From: a bacterium
Lineage (GTDB): Bacteria; Desulfobacterota; DSWW01
NCBI GenBank assembly: GCA_040756235.1
Contig: JBFLZG010000051.1
Coordinates: 8,727 to 72,726 of the forward strand
Length of the DNA stretch: 64,000 nt
Direction of reading: 5' to 3'
The translations under genes were made by a program, and so were the position numbers. Numbering within the stretch: the stretch's first letter is position 1; each line of letters starts with the position of its first letter. Shown here one piece after another: positions 1 to 9,717 of the stretch. The notes below the pieces were generated by a model, which worked only from the letters and a program-made list of their open reading frames with translations, made no database searches and was not told the origin of the DNA.

Positions 1-743
1 CTCCTGAGGACCAGGAAGACGACGAGGACGCTGCCCAGAGAGGTCGAGCCGACCAGCATGAGCATGACCATGATCTGGTATTTGACCGCCAGGAAAACGT
101 CTGATCCGGCCAGTACCTGACCGGTCATCATGCCCGGGATGAAGACGATTCCCACGCTCATCATGGAGTTGATGGAGGGGATCATACCGGCCCGGATGGC
201 CGTCTTGACGGTGTCGGCGGTCGCCTCCCGGTAGGTTCCTCCCACCGAGAGCTTCATCTCGACGATGTTCCTGCCGGTCTTGAGATCGCGGAACAGCCTG
301 TCCAGGGTGATGGCGATGGCGTTCATGGAGTTGCCGATCACCATGCCTCCGAGGGGGATGAAGTACCGGGGCTCGTACCACGGCTCGACCTGAACGATGA
401 CTGCGGTGATGAGCATCGTGATGGCGGTGTAGGAGAGAAGCATGGAGAGGAAGGTCGAGTCGAAGTAGCGGACCGACTTCTCCTTGACCCTGCCCCGGAT
501 CGTGATGACCGCGAACAGAACCATGAGCCAGAAGATGGCCAGGACGAGGAACGGGGCTTTCAGGTCGAAGACGTACTTGAGGACGAGTCCCAGAAGGAAG
601 AGCTGGGAAAAGGTCCGCACCGTGCCCCACAACAGATCCCGATGCAGGCCCAGGCGGAGGACGAGCGTCGCCAAGCCGGCGACGAGAACAAACATCGTGC
701 ACAGCCCGAGCTGGGGCCAGCCGATCTCAGCCGCGCCGTTCAT
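1..743 (-). CDS. fetB: ABC transporter permease, FetB/YbbM (UPF0014) family; 3' end runs off the window
   Basis: Not in ORF track. Manual translation from ATG 743: MNGAAEIGWPQLGLCTMFVLV...RTFSQL...PWYEPRYFIPLGGMVIGNSMNA...AGMIPSINSMMSVGIVFIPGMMTGQVLAG...AVKYQI, typical YbbM motifs; overlaps the ATPase gene. Confidence 0.88.
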   Translation of the reverse strand, partial: MNGAAEIGWPQLGLCTMFVLVAGLATLVLRLGLHRDLLWGTVRTFSQLFLLGLVLKYVFDLKAPFLVLAIFWLMVLFAVITIRGRVKEKSVRYFDSTFLSMLLSYTAITMLITAVIVQVEPWYEPRYFIPLGGMVIGNSMNAIAITLDRLFRDLKTGRNIVEMKLSVGGTYREATADTVKTAIRAGMIPSINSMMSVGIVFIPGMMTGQVLAGSDVFLAVKYQIMVMLMLVGSTSLGSVLVVFLVLR

Positions 744-1389
744 GGATCTTTCCTTCCGCGAGCTCGAGGTGCCGATCTCTGCCGTTGGAGATCCCTTCGA
801 GCGGCTGGTGGCTCACGATCACGAGCCCGGTGTTTTCCAGGCTCGATCGGGAGATCCAGTCCCGGATCGCCTGGGCCGATTCGGGATCCAGGTTGGCCAC
901 CGGCTCGTCCAGAAGCAGGAACTCCGGCCGCAGGAGCGTGGCGCGGATGATCGCTGCACGCTGCAGCTCGCCGGCCGACAGGCCCTGGGCCTCCCGCCGG
1001 AGCAGCTCCGCATTCAGGCGAAACTCGGACAGGAGCGACCGGATCCGTTCCTCCTCGGGCGCCTTCTTCCCCTTGTGGACGGCCAGGGAGAATGGCATGA
1101 GGAGGTTCTCGAGCAGCGACTTTCCCTGCTCTATGACCGGAGCCTGGTGGAGGTAGACGATGCGGCTGCGCAGCTCGGAATAGCGGAGCGAGCCGTAAGG
1201 GCGGCCGTCCAGCGTCAGAACACCGCCCGTCGGCAGGAGAAACAGACTCAGGAGACGCAGGAGAGTCGTTTTGCCGGACCCGGACCTTCCCTTGAGGAGA
1301 ATGATCTCTCCCCTGGAGATCGAAAGGTTCACGCCTCCGAACAGGAGCCGGTCCGGATAGCCGAACGAAACGTCCCTGAGCTCGATCAT
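727..1389 (-). CDS. fetA: ABC transporter ATP-binding protein (FetA/YbbL-like)
   Basis: Walker A GRSGSGKT, signature LSAGELQR, Walker B LLLDEP; adjacent to FetB-like permease. Confidence 0.85.
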   Translation of the reverse strand: MIELRDVSFGYPDRLLFGGVNLSISRGEIILLKGRSGSGKTTLLRLLSLFLLPTGGVLTLDGRPYGSLRYSELRSRIVYLHQAPVIEQGKSLLENLLMPFSLAVHKGKKAPEEERIRSLLSEFRLNAELLRREAQGLSAGELQRAAIIRATLLRPEFLLLDEPVANLDPESAQAIRDWISRSSLENTGLVIVSHQPLEGISNGRDRHLELAEGKIHERRG

Positions 1390-1436
1390 GGGCGGGACCC
1401 CGGAGGCCGTAAGCCGAGCAAGGCAAAAGCGTTAGA

Positions 1437-1466
1437 AGTATAGAGTCGGGGCAGGCGGGGGGTCAA
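1437..1466 (-). promoter_or_regulatory. Putative sigma-70 promoter for fetAB-like operon
   Basis: Minus strand TTGACC-N18-TATACT about 50 bp upstream of ATG 1389. Confidence 0.5.
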
Positions 1467-1554
1467 TGGAAGGTGGACGTGCGGGTGGATGCAGCCGGAA
1501 GGTCCAAGGTGAAAGGAAGTAGGGGCGAAAGATTTTTCGCCCCTGCCCCTTGCG

Positions 1555-4344
1555 TCACTCGTTGGCTGCAAGGGCTTCGGGGACTTCGGACGGGAGCCGG
1601 GCGGCCCCTGCTGCGGCGGGCAGGGTGAAGTGGAACGTGCTCCCTTTGCCCTTGACGCTCTCCACCCAGATGTTGCCCCCGTAGTGGTGGATGATCTCCT
1701 TGCAGATGGGCAGCCCCAGGCCCGAGCCTTTCGGCTTGTCTGTCAGGGTGTCGGCCGTGATCTGCCGAAAATGATCGAAGATGATCTGGAAGTGCTTCTC
1801 CTCGATCCCGATCCCCTCGTCGGACACGCTCACCCGGATCCATTGCGGGCTTTCTCCGAGCCGCTTGCCTTCGAAGACGGCCGCGCGGATGCGGATCTCG
1901 CCGCTCGGTCGGGAAAACTTCACGGCGTTTCCCACGAGATTGGTGAGGACCTGCTGGATCTTGTCCCGATCGGCCAACGCCCGAGGCAGATCGGGCGCGA
2001 TCACGAGCGTGAGCCGCAGCGACTTCTCCTCCAGGAGCCGCATCTGGGCCATGGCCACGTTGCGGATGATCTCGTCGAGCGAGAGCGGAGCGTCCTGCCA
2101 GATCATCTTGCCGGCCTTGATCCGGGAAAGATCCAGCACGTCGTTGACCAGCCGCGTGAGCCGTTCGCTCTCGGCATTGATGATTTCGAGGAATTCTTTT
2201 CGGGTCTTGCCCTCCACGCCGTCATATTCCAGCAGGATTTCGGAAAAGGAGCGGATGGCCGTCAGGGGAGTCCGGAATTCATGCGAGACGGTCGAGAGGA
2301 AGGAGTCCTTGAGCTGGTCCAACTCCCGCAGCTCTTCATAGGCCCTCTCCAGGTCGGCCGTTCTTTCCCGGACCCGGGTTTCCAGCTCCTCGTTGAGCTT
2401 CTTGATTTCCGCCTCGTCCGACTTGCGCCGCGTGATGTCCCGCGAGTAAGCCAGGATCGAGCTCGATCCCGTGTCGTCGCAAAGGCCGGTGACGATCGTT
2501 TCGAAGTACTTCCAGGTGCCGTCCTTCTGGCGGACCCTGTACTCGACGTGCTTCGGGCTGTTCGGGTTTTCTGTGGCCCACTGAAAGGTTGCCTGCACTT
2601 GCCCGACGTCTTCGAAATGGACGAGGTCGGTGTATCTCCCCCCCATCAACTCCTCCGCGGTGTAGCCCAACACCCGCTCCACGGAAGGGCTGACGTAGCG
2701 CCGCCTTCCGTCAGGCTCGAAAATGACGATGACGTCCGAGGAGTTCTGGACCAGGGAGCGGAACCGCGCCTCGCTCTGACGCAGCTCGGCCTCGACCCGC
2801 AGGCGCTCCGCCATCTCCTGCCGGAGCTGCTCCATCGTGCCCTGCAGGACGGCGGTGCGCTCTTCCACCAGCTCCCGGAGGTGGTCCCGATGCCTGCGCA
2901 GCTCCTCTTCGACCTTTTTGCGCTCGGTGATGTCCCGGGAGTTGACGACGATGCCGCCGACGGCCGGATCGTCGAGCAGATTCCTGGCGATCGACTCGAG
3001 GGTGCGCCAGGTGCCGTCGCCGTGCCGGAACCGGTATTCGGCCACCATGGACGATCCCGGCTTCTCGAGGATGCGGAGAAACTTCTCGAGAACCGGACCG
3101 GCATCTTCCTGGTGGACGAGCTCGAACGGATTGTTTCCGATCATCGCGTCGGGTTTGTACCCCATGATGAGCTGGAAGGACTGCCCCTGATAACGCGCTG
3201 TTCCTCTTGCGTCCAGGACCGTGACGAGATCGGAAGAGTGCTCGATGAGGGAGCGGAACCGCCTCTCGCTCTGACGCAGCTCCTCCTCCTTCCGCAGACG
3301 GTCGCGGATGTCCCTGCAGGCCAGCACGGCGCCGAGCACGCCTCCGCGCCAGCCGCGGATGAGCGAGAGAGAGCAGGCGGTCCGGATGGGAGTGCCGTCC
3401 TTTGCCAGCAGCGTGACCAGGAAGTTTTCCGGCCCTGCTTCGGCTCCCCGTCGCCCCTGGAGAAAGGAAGTCAGGAGCTCTCGGTCTTGCGGGTCGAGCA
3501 AGACCTTGAGCGGCTTGCCGAGCAGCTCTCCCTTCTCGTAGCCGAGGAGCTTTCTGGTCGCGTGGTTGCTCATGCGCACGAATCCGGCTCCGTCCACGGC
3601 CAGGATCGCTTCACCGACCGTCGAGAGAACGTTGCGGGCCAGCCGCTCAGGGCTGGGGTTCAAGAGCTGGTAGCGATAGTCGAGCCACCAGAAGAAGGTG
3701 ACGAAGAAGACGATCGACATGAACCCGAAGGGGTAGACCCCGACGCCGAATGCGGGCAGAAAATCCCAGGAACCCAGGCAGGTTGGCACGAAGGTGAGGG
3801 CGGCCAGGCGCACGTACCGTTTCTGGACATGGAAAGCAGCCGCCGGCACGCCCTGGAGCAGGGTGCGGAAGGCCAGGGCCAGACAGAGCGAGAAGAATCC
3901 GATGAACGGTACGCCTCCCATGCCGAATCGGGGATAGAAGCCCCACCGTGCCTTCCACATGTCCTGGATGACGAAATGTCCGAACAGAGCGTCGAGGGCC
4001 CATGCAAGAGCCATGACATAGCCTGCCAGGATCCACTTCCTGTTCTTCCGGAGCCGATGGGTGAGAGCCGAGGTGAAGAGCAGGACCCCCGGCGGAAGGA
4101 AGACGACCCCGAAGTGGGAGAGCCGGTACCATTTTTCCGCGGTTGACTGTTCCAGGCTGAGGAACATGAGGCCGGCGCCCAGGTTCCAGAGCACGGCACA
4201 GATCGCCATGAGGAAAAAGGTCTGGTTGGTCCGGGACCGGTGGTTGAACGAGAATCCCCAGGCGGCGAAGACGGCAATGTACAGCACCGTGGAGAGTCGG
4301 GCCAGCGCCGTCCAAGTCAACGCGTACGGTTGCGGATCCAGCAT
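1555..4344 (-). CDS. Membrane sensor histidine kinase: 7TM N-terminal region, three PAS domains, HisKA, HATPase_c
   Basis: Hydrophobic N-terminus; repeated ELRQSE.RFRSL..SSD PAS linkers; H-box SHEFRTPL, N-box NLVGNAVKF, DEGIG, GSGLGL. ATG 4344 preferred over TTG 4362. Confidence 0.92.
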   Translation of the reverse strand: MLDPQPYALTWTALARLSTVLYIAVFAAWGFSFNHRSRTNQTFFLMAICAVLWNLGAGLMFLSLEQSTAEKWYRLSHFGVVFLPPGVLLFTSALTHRLRKNRKWILAGYVMALAWALDALFGHFVIQDMWKARWGFYPRFGMGGVPFIGFFSLCLALAFRTLLQGVPAAAFHVQKRYVRLAALTFVPTCLGSWDFLPAFGVGVYPFGFMSIVFFVTFFWWLDYRYQLLNPSPERLARNVLSTVGEAILAVDGAGFVRMSNHATRKLLGYEKGELLGKPLKVLLDPQDRELLTSFLQGRRGAEAGPENFLVTLLAKDGTPIRTACSLSLIRGWRGGVLGAVLACRDIRDRLRKEEELRQSERRFRSLIEHSSDLVTVLDARGTARYQGQSFQLIMGYKPDAMIGNNPFELVHQEDAGPVLEKFLRILEKPGSSMVAEYRFRHGDGTWRTLESIARNLLDDPAVGGIVVNSRDITERKKVEEELRRHRDHLRELVEERTAVLQGTMEQLRQEMAERLRVEAELRQSEARFRSLVQNSSDVIVIFEPDGRRRYVSPSVERVLGYTAEELMGGRYTDLVHFEDVGQVQATFQWATENPNSPKHVEYRVRQKDGTWKYFETIVTGLCDDTGSSSILAYSRDITRRKSDEAEIKKLNEELETRVRERTADLERAYEELRELDQLKDSFLSTVSHEFRTPLTAIRSFSEILLEYDGVEGKTRKEFLEIINAESERLTRLVNDVLDLSRIKAGKMIWQDAPLSLDEIIRNVAMAQMRLLEEKSLRLTLVIAPDLPRALADRDKIQQVLTNLVGNAVKFSRPSGEIRIRAAVFEGKRLGESPQWIRVSVSDEGIGIEEKHFQIIFDHFRQITADTLTDKPKGSGLGLPICKEIIHHYGGNIWVESVKGKGSTFHFTLPAAAGAARLPSEVPEALAANE

Positions 4345-4523
4345 ACGAGCTTTTCCTGCCAAGGCCTCTTGCAGACACCCTCTTAGGAGTCAGGGCCTAT
4401 ACGCTTAATATCGAACAGTTTTAAGACGATCTTGAGATTCTCTCGCGGATCTCTGTAACGCTTTCGGTGCCGGAACAATCCAAGAGGCATGGGCTATGGT
4501 TCACCACTCGAGGAGGATGACAG

Positions 4524-5078
4524 ATGAAGAACAAATCGTCGGCTCGAGATCACATGAAGGAAGGGGCTTTCCATTTCGCCCTGAATCAATTTGAAGAGAG
4601 TGTGGAGCACTTTTCCAATGCCATCGAAGCAGACCCGAAACATCACATGGCCTTTCTGAGCCGCGGCGTGGCCTATGCGAAGATGGACCGGCCGGACCTT
4701 GCCAAGGCGGATTTCGACCGGGCCATCGAGCTCAACCCGCACGATCCGAGGGGTTATCATTTTCGCGGGCTGACCCACCTGAGCCGGGGAAATCGGGGGG
4801 CCGCGAAGAGCGATTTCGACAAGGCCATCGAGCTCAACCCGCGCTACGGCGTTGCCTACTTCAGCCGCGGGACGACCCTATCCGAGATGGGCGACGCCGA
4901 TACGGCCGGCCGCGACATGGTCATGGCCGCACGGCTGGGTGAAGCGAACCTGCAGGAGTTCTCCGATTATTACAACATCTGGAGAACCCAGTTCGACAAG
5001 ACCGAGGCGGTGCTGCTGAAGGAAAGAGAAGCGGACATCGCCGTGAAACCGGATCTCACTTCGTGGCTGGAGGACTGA
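4524..5078 (+). CDS. Tetratricopeptide repeat protein
   Basis: Repeats of A...RG.A......A..DFD.AIELNP; RBS GAGGAGG upstream. Confidence 0.9.
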   Translation: MKNKSSARDHMKEGAFHFALNQFEESVEHFSNAIEADPKHHMAFLSRGVAYAKMDRPDLAKADFDRAIELNPHDPRGYHFRGLTHLSRGNRGAAKSDFDKAIELNPRYGVAYFSRGTTLSEMGDADTAGRDMVMAARLGEANLQEFSDYYNIWRTQFDKTEAVLLKEREADIAVKPDLTSWLED

Positions 5079-5122
5079 TCGCAAGGAGAAGGGGGGGCAG
5101 ACGAGCCTAGTCTGTCCCTGCC

Positions 5123-6775
5123 TCACTCTCTCTGGATCGTAAGGTCTCTTCCAAGCACACCGACGCCGTAATTGCTTCTGTCGGAGGCGTCCGCCGGGTC
5201 GAAGGCCCTCTTGATCTTTTCCTGCCACACGTGAAAGTTCCCGTAGTGGGGACCCATGTCCAGGAGGCGTTCCTGCAGCGTCCGGGTGTAGTCGCCCACG
5301 CAGAGGGCGATATCGTTCGGCTCGAAGCCGTCTTTCTGCTCCCTTGCGTTGTCCCTTTCGTCCGTGACGCAGCGCCTGGCCGCGTTCACTGACTCCGGGT
5401 CCGACGCGTCATAGTGATACTCGAGCTCCATGTAGACATAGCCGTTGTTGTCGAACGAATTGTGGTACGTGGAGTCCACGCCGTCTGCCATGATCTTGCC
5501 TTCCTCGATGTACTTCCTTTTCAGCTCCTCCATCGGCCAGCCCATGTGCCGGATGACCGATTCCGCGGTGCCCTGGTAGCCGGCCGCGATGACGAAACCG
5601 CCGCCGTGGTGGATGAAGTGGGTGTCGTTGGCCACCATCTCCAGCAGCAGCTCGTTGTTCATGACTTCCTTGAAGGAGCCGTCGAGGCCGGCTTCCGGCA
5701 GCCATCCGCCGGCTTCCTCCAGGACCTTGAACAAGACCTTCTCCTGGTAGGCGAGCTCTCGGGCGCTCCTGGCGAACAGGAGCACGTTGACCGGGTGGGG
5801 CATGGCCTTCAGCATGGCGTCGATGAAGCCCGACTCGTGCCACTGCCGGATGAGCTGGTTGCTCTGCGCACCGACCATGATCGACAAGAAGTGGTCCGGC
5901 TCGCCGGCCCGGAAGATGGCGTAGGCGATCTCCGCATCCCCGAGCTTGTAAAGGAAGCTCGTGAGATCCTCGTAGCCCTTGAACGAGGGCATGTAGCCGC
6001 GCACGTTCGGTACGTCCTGGCGGATCTTGTATCCGGTGAAGAACCCCCCCGATTCGGTTCGCAGCTCGGGCGGGCCGGGCCAGTGGTGGAGCTTGATCGC
6101 CGCTTTGGTGAAGACGCCCATGCCGCCCTGCGCGCCGCAGTGGCCCCGCATCAGGCCGCGCAGGCTCGGGCCGGGGCCGTCGCCCGAGAACCAGCCGTCC
6201 TCGGGCCCCAGCCGCAGGAGCTCGCCCGTCGGCAGGACCCACTCCACTCCGAGCGCGTTCCGGCCGTTGTGCCCTCCGTGATTGCCCATGACGTTCATGC
6301 CCCAGCCGGAAGTCACGTTGGCCAGCACCGAAGCCTGGGACCCTGCCTGCACGGCGGTCACGAACAGGCCGCGCTTCATCGCCTCGGCCGCAAGCTGCGC
6401 CCAGACGACGTAGGGCTCGACCACGGCGAACTTGTTGTTGGCGTCGATCTCCAGGATGCGGTTCATGCGCTTGAGATCGAGCAGCACGACCCCCTCCTGC
6501 TGGGGGAAGCCGTGGCTCCCGTACCCGGTGCTGATCGCCTTGTACTTCACCCCGAACCGGTTGCAGGCCTTGACCGCGGCCTGCACCTCTTCGACGCTTC
6601 CCGGAAGCAGGACGGCTTCCGGCCGGTACCGCATGTACTTCCCGGGCCCTGAGCCGGGATGGAATTCGACCAGCCAGTTGAACGTGTACCCGTCCAGGAC
6701 CAGCGGCTCTTCACTGATGTTTTCCGGGCCGACGATATCGGAAAAGACCTGAAAGACCTGCCTGTTCAGGGGCAT
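5123..6775 (-). CDS. FAD-binding oxidoreductase, VAO/PCMH (GlcD-like) family
   Basis: PEAVLLPGSVEEVQAAVK, LLDLKRMNRILEID, VVEP, LGVEWVLPTGELLR, GGMGVFTK, C-terminal KIKRAFDP; ATG 6775 follows AAGGAG. Confidence 0.88.
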   Translation of the reverse strand: MPLNRQVFQVFSDIVGPENISEEPLVLDGYTFNWLVEFHPGSGPGKYMRYRPEAVLLPGSVEEVQAAVKACNRFGVKYKAISTGYGSHGFPQQEGVVLLDLKRMNRILEIDANNKFAVVEPYVVWAQLAAEAMKRGLFVTAVQAGSQASVLANVTSGWGMNVMGNHGGHNGRNALGVEWVLPTGELLRLGPEDGWFSGDGPGPSLRGLMRGHCGAQGGMGVFTKAAIKLHHWPGPPELRTESGGFFTGYKIRQDVPNVRGYMPSFKGYEDLTSFLYKLGDAEIAYAIFRAGEPDHFLSIMVGAQSNQLIRQWHESGFIDAMLKAMPHPVNVLLFARSARELAYQEKVLFKVLEEAGGWLPEAGLDGSFKEVMNNELLLEMVANDTHFIHHGGGFVIAAGYQGTAESVIRHMGWPMEELKRKYIEEGKIMADGVDSTYHNSFDNNGYVYMELEYHYDASDPESVNAARRCVTDERDNAREQKDGFEPNDIALCVGDYTRTLQERLLDMGPHYGNFHVWQEKIKRAFDPADASDRSNYGVGVLGRDLTIQRE

Positions 6776-6791
6776 GTGCGTCTCCTTTGGC

Positions 6792-8072
6792 CTAACCACA
6801 GGCGTCATGAAGAAGATCCACGGCATTGTAGACCGGGAAGGCGCGGCCTTCCTTGCCTGCCGCGTCCCTCAGGTTCTTCTCGCACCACGGGCAGCAGGTG
6901 ACCAACGCTTCGGCCCCCGTGGACCTCGCCTCCTCCAGGCGCTCCCCGGCGGACCACAGAGCGAAGTCCGGGAAGGCGGATTTCACGCCGCCTCCGGAAC
7001 CGCAGCACCAGCTGTACTCCCGGACCCGTTCCATCTCGACCAGCTCCACGCCGGGGATGCTCCGGATGACGTTGCGAGGCGGCTCGAAGACGCCGTTCAT
7101 GCCCAGCACCTTCGGGACGTTCTTGACCGGCATGCAGCCCATGAACTTCTCCTCCTTGCCGCCCGAGGGGACCCGCGGCTCCGACAGACGGCCGAGGTGG
7201 CAGGGGTCGTGGTACGTGACCCGGAGCGGCAGGGCTTTGTCCGGCTTCAGACGGCCGTCCCGGATCAGAGCGTCCAGGTACTCGACCGCGTGGACCACTT
7301 CGAAGTCGAGCTTCCGGCCCAGGAGGGCGTAATGGGTCTTGAAGAGCCCGTAACAGCCTGCACAGGACGTGACGACCTTCCGGACGCCCAGCCGGTTGAA
7401 GGTTTCGACGTTCTCGCTGGCGACCTCTTCGAAGAGAGCGTGGTTCCCGATCTGGAACGCGGGGCTCGCGCAGCACTTCTCCTTCACGCCCAGAATGCCC
7501 ACGTCGACGCCGGCCTTCTGCAGCAGCTCGACCGTTCGTACGGCCACACCTTGCAGGTCAGGGTCCAGGCTGTAGGTGCACCCTGCGTAATAGAGGACCT
7601 CGGCCCTTTCCCGGCCGGTCGTGAGGTCCTTGACCTTCAGGTCCCTGGACCAGTGCTTGCGCCGGCCCCGGGGCTGCATCCACACGTTGTCGTAATTGCG
7701 CAGGCTGTCCATGATGCGCTTGTGGGCATCGAGCTGACCGTACTCCCGCTGCACCTTGAATCGAAGCTCCCTCAGGATCTGCAGGGGCTCCATGTCGGTC
7801 CCGACGCGACAGGCCAGGTCGCAGGCGCCGCACATGGTGCACTTGTAGACCACGTCCAGAAGGGCTTCCGAGTACCCGATCCTCCCCTCCAGGAGCGAGA
7901 GCGCTGCAATCAGCTTGCCGCCGCCGGAATAGGAGTGGAAGTGGAAGCGCGTGCTCGCCGGGCAGGCGTAGGAGAAGCGCCAGCTCTTGATGATCGATGA
8001 AAGCGGGATGAACTTGCAGACCGAGCATCGCACGCACCGGAGCATGTCGTTGCGGTAGTCTTCCAGAGCCAT
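6792..8072 (-). CDS. Fe-S oxidoreductase, GlcF/GlpC/HdrD-like with CCG domains
   Basis: CVRCSVC, CTMCGACDLAC, YYAGC, EKCC, TSCAGC, YHDPCHLGR, CCGSGGG, TCCPWC. Confidence 0.92.
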   Translation of the reverse strand: MALEDYRNDMLRCVRCSVCKFIPLSSIIKSWRFSYACPASTRFHFHSYSGGGKLIAALSLLEGRIGYSEALLDVVYKCTMCGACDLACRVGTDMEPLQILRELRFKVQREYGQLDAHKRIMDSLRNYDNVWMQPRGRRKHWSRDLKVKDLTTGRERAEVLYYAGCTYSLDPDLQGVAVRTVELLQKAGVDVGILGVKEKCCASPAFQIGNHALFEEVASENVETFNRLGVRKVVTSCAGCYGLFKTHYALLGRKLDFEVVHAVEYLDALIRDGRLKPDKALPLRVTYHDPCHLGRLSEPRVPSGGKEEKFMGCMPVKNVPKVLGMNGVFEPPRNVIRSIPGVELVEMERVREYSWCCGSGGGVKSAFPDFALWSAGERLEEARSTGAEALVTCCPWCEKNLRDAAGKEGRAFPVYNAVDLLHDACG

Positions 8073-8102
8073 GAGTTCTCCTCTGGCCGGGCGGTCTGCC
8101 TA

Positions 8103-9569
8103 CTAGAAGCAAAGCTTGCCCGGGTTCAAAATCCAATTGGGGTCGAAAACGGACTTGACCTTCTTCAGTGAATCCACGAAGGTGGCTTTGGCCCGGTAGA
8201 CCTCGTCCGCCCACGCGGGGTAGGGTCGCGAGAAGAACGCGCCCTCACGGATCAGTACGGAGCTGGCCTGTTCGAAGAAGGTCCGTGCCCTGGCGGTCTC
8301 GCCCGCGTCATCCGGGTCGAAGTAGATGTCGAGCTCGCAGTGGCAGGAGGTCCCCTGGACGATCGGCTGCAGGTAGGCCCCGATGTGCGAGTCCGGGATT
8401 CCGGCCTCTTTGGCTGTCCGGTGCACCGAATCCAGGTAGCGCACGGAGCGGTCCAGGGTGCTCAGGAAAAAGATCTCCCTGAAGTCCCCCCGGACCCGGT
8501 ATTTCCAGTAGGGCTCCCGAGAGGGACGGTCCAGGACCGAGAGGACGTGGCTGGCCGACACGGCGCCGGCCGTGTTGTGGAGCGTCTGTCCGCACTGCTG
8601 GGCGATTTCGCGGATGTCCCTCTCGAGGTACTCGACCTGCTCCTCGGGAAACCAGGGGCCGCCGGAGATGCAGAATGCGAGGGTCCAGAGCGGAAGGCTG
8701 CCCGACGTCCGGCGGAAGTCCTCGAGGATCCCGGCTCCCTTCGCGAGGGCGGCCAGTTGCACGCGGTCGAGCAGGAACAGCTCGTCTGCATACCCCTTCT
8801 TGGTGAGCTCGTAGGTGAGGCCGACGAGCTCTTCGAGCCTGTGGCCGGTGGCAAAAAAGAGCCTCTTGATCTTGGGCAGGATCTCGCACTTGATGCTCGC
8901 CCAGGTGGCAACCGCCATCGTCCCCTGGGCGCCCTGGACCAGCCGGTGGTAGTCGAGCTGGTGCGGGCCGAGAGGAAACTTCTGCGCGCCGCCGATCTTC
9001 CACTGGCCCGCGAGGCCGCCCGGGCCTGCGGCCTCCCCGGTCCGGAAGAGATCGCCGGAGCCGAAGACCATTTCCACGCAGCAGAGCGGATCGGAGATGT
9101 CCCAGTGGTAGCGCGGCATCAGCCCGGGCTCGCGCTCGAGCACGCTGGCCAGCACCGATTTGTTGGCGCGCGGCAGGAGCGGTGCCGCCAGGCGGAGCCC
9201 GACCTTCGCCAGCTCGGGCAGGAGCTGGGCGAAGGTCACCCCGGGCTCGACCACCGCGACCCGGTTCTTCCGGTCGATCCGGATGATGTCGTGGAGCCGC
9301 GTGAGGTCCACCATCACACCGCCCATTCTCGGCACGGTGTCCCCGCGCAGGCGGGGCCCGCAGGAGCTGACCGGGATGAGCGGCACCCGGGTGCGGTTGG
9401 CCCAGCGGATCGTTTCCTGCAGCTCCGGGGTGCTGCCGGGCCTGGCCACGCACTGCGGCATCCGCGGGGGAACGAAGCTGTGGTCCTTGGCATAGGCGCC
9501 GAGGATCTCCGGATCGGCCGAGACCCATTGTTCTCCCAGGATCACGGACAGGTCCTTGCTTGCACTCAT
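8103..9569 (-). CDS. FAD-binding oxidoreductase, VAO/PCMH family (second flavoprotein of the operon)
   Basis: PQCVARPGS, VVEPGVT, GAQGTMAV, C-terminal KVKSVFDPNWILNPGK. Confidence 0.88.
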   Translation of the reverse strand: MSASKDLSVILGEQWVSADPEILGAYAKDHSFVPPRMPQCVARPGSTPELQETIRWANRTRVPLIPVSSCGPRLRGDTVPRMGGVMVDLTRLHDIIRIDRKNRVAVVEPGVTFAQLLPELAKVGLRLAAPLLPRANKSVLASVLEREPGLMPRYHWDISDPLCCVEMVFGSGDLFRTGEAAGPGGLAGQWKIGGAQKFPLGPHQLDYHRLVQGAQGTMAVATWASIKCEILPKIKRLFFATGHRLEELVGLTYELTKKGYADELFLLDRVQLAALAKGAGILEDFRRTSGSLPLWTLAFCISGGPWFPEEQVEYLERDIREIAQQCGQTLHNTAGAVSASHVLSVLDRPSREPYWKYRVRGDFREIFFLSTLDRSVRYLDSVHRTAKEAGIPDSHIGAYLQPIVQGTSCHCELDIYFDPDDAGETARARTFFEQASSVLIREGAFFSRPYPAWADEVYRAKATFVDSLKKVKSVFDPNWILNPGKLCF

Positions 9570-9593
9570 GGGCCCGCCTCCCTCAAAAACGAC

Positions 9594-9611
9594 AAGTGAA
9601 ACTATTCACTT
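9594..9611. promoter_or_regulatory. Palindromic operator, Rex-like
   Basis: AAGTGAA-ACTA-TTCACTT perfect inverted repeat between a minus-strand TTGACA (9645-9650) and the RBS of the oxidoreductase operon. Confidence 0.5.
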
Positions 9612-9717
9612 TTGACCGACATATTGGGGGCCCTCGCGGGCTCATGTCAAGCAAAAAAACATCTTTTGAACAGCCGGCAGTTCCCGGCCGGGCTGCTGAG
9701 ACAGGAGGGCGCGACCC

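Noticed and set aside
1630..4146. 838 aa plus-strand ORF, and similar long ORFs at 27365-30139, 59800-62145, 10942-12663 and 53196-54746
   Set aside because: Shadow frames of well-supported genes in high-GC DNA; no recognisable motifs
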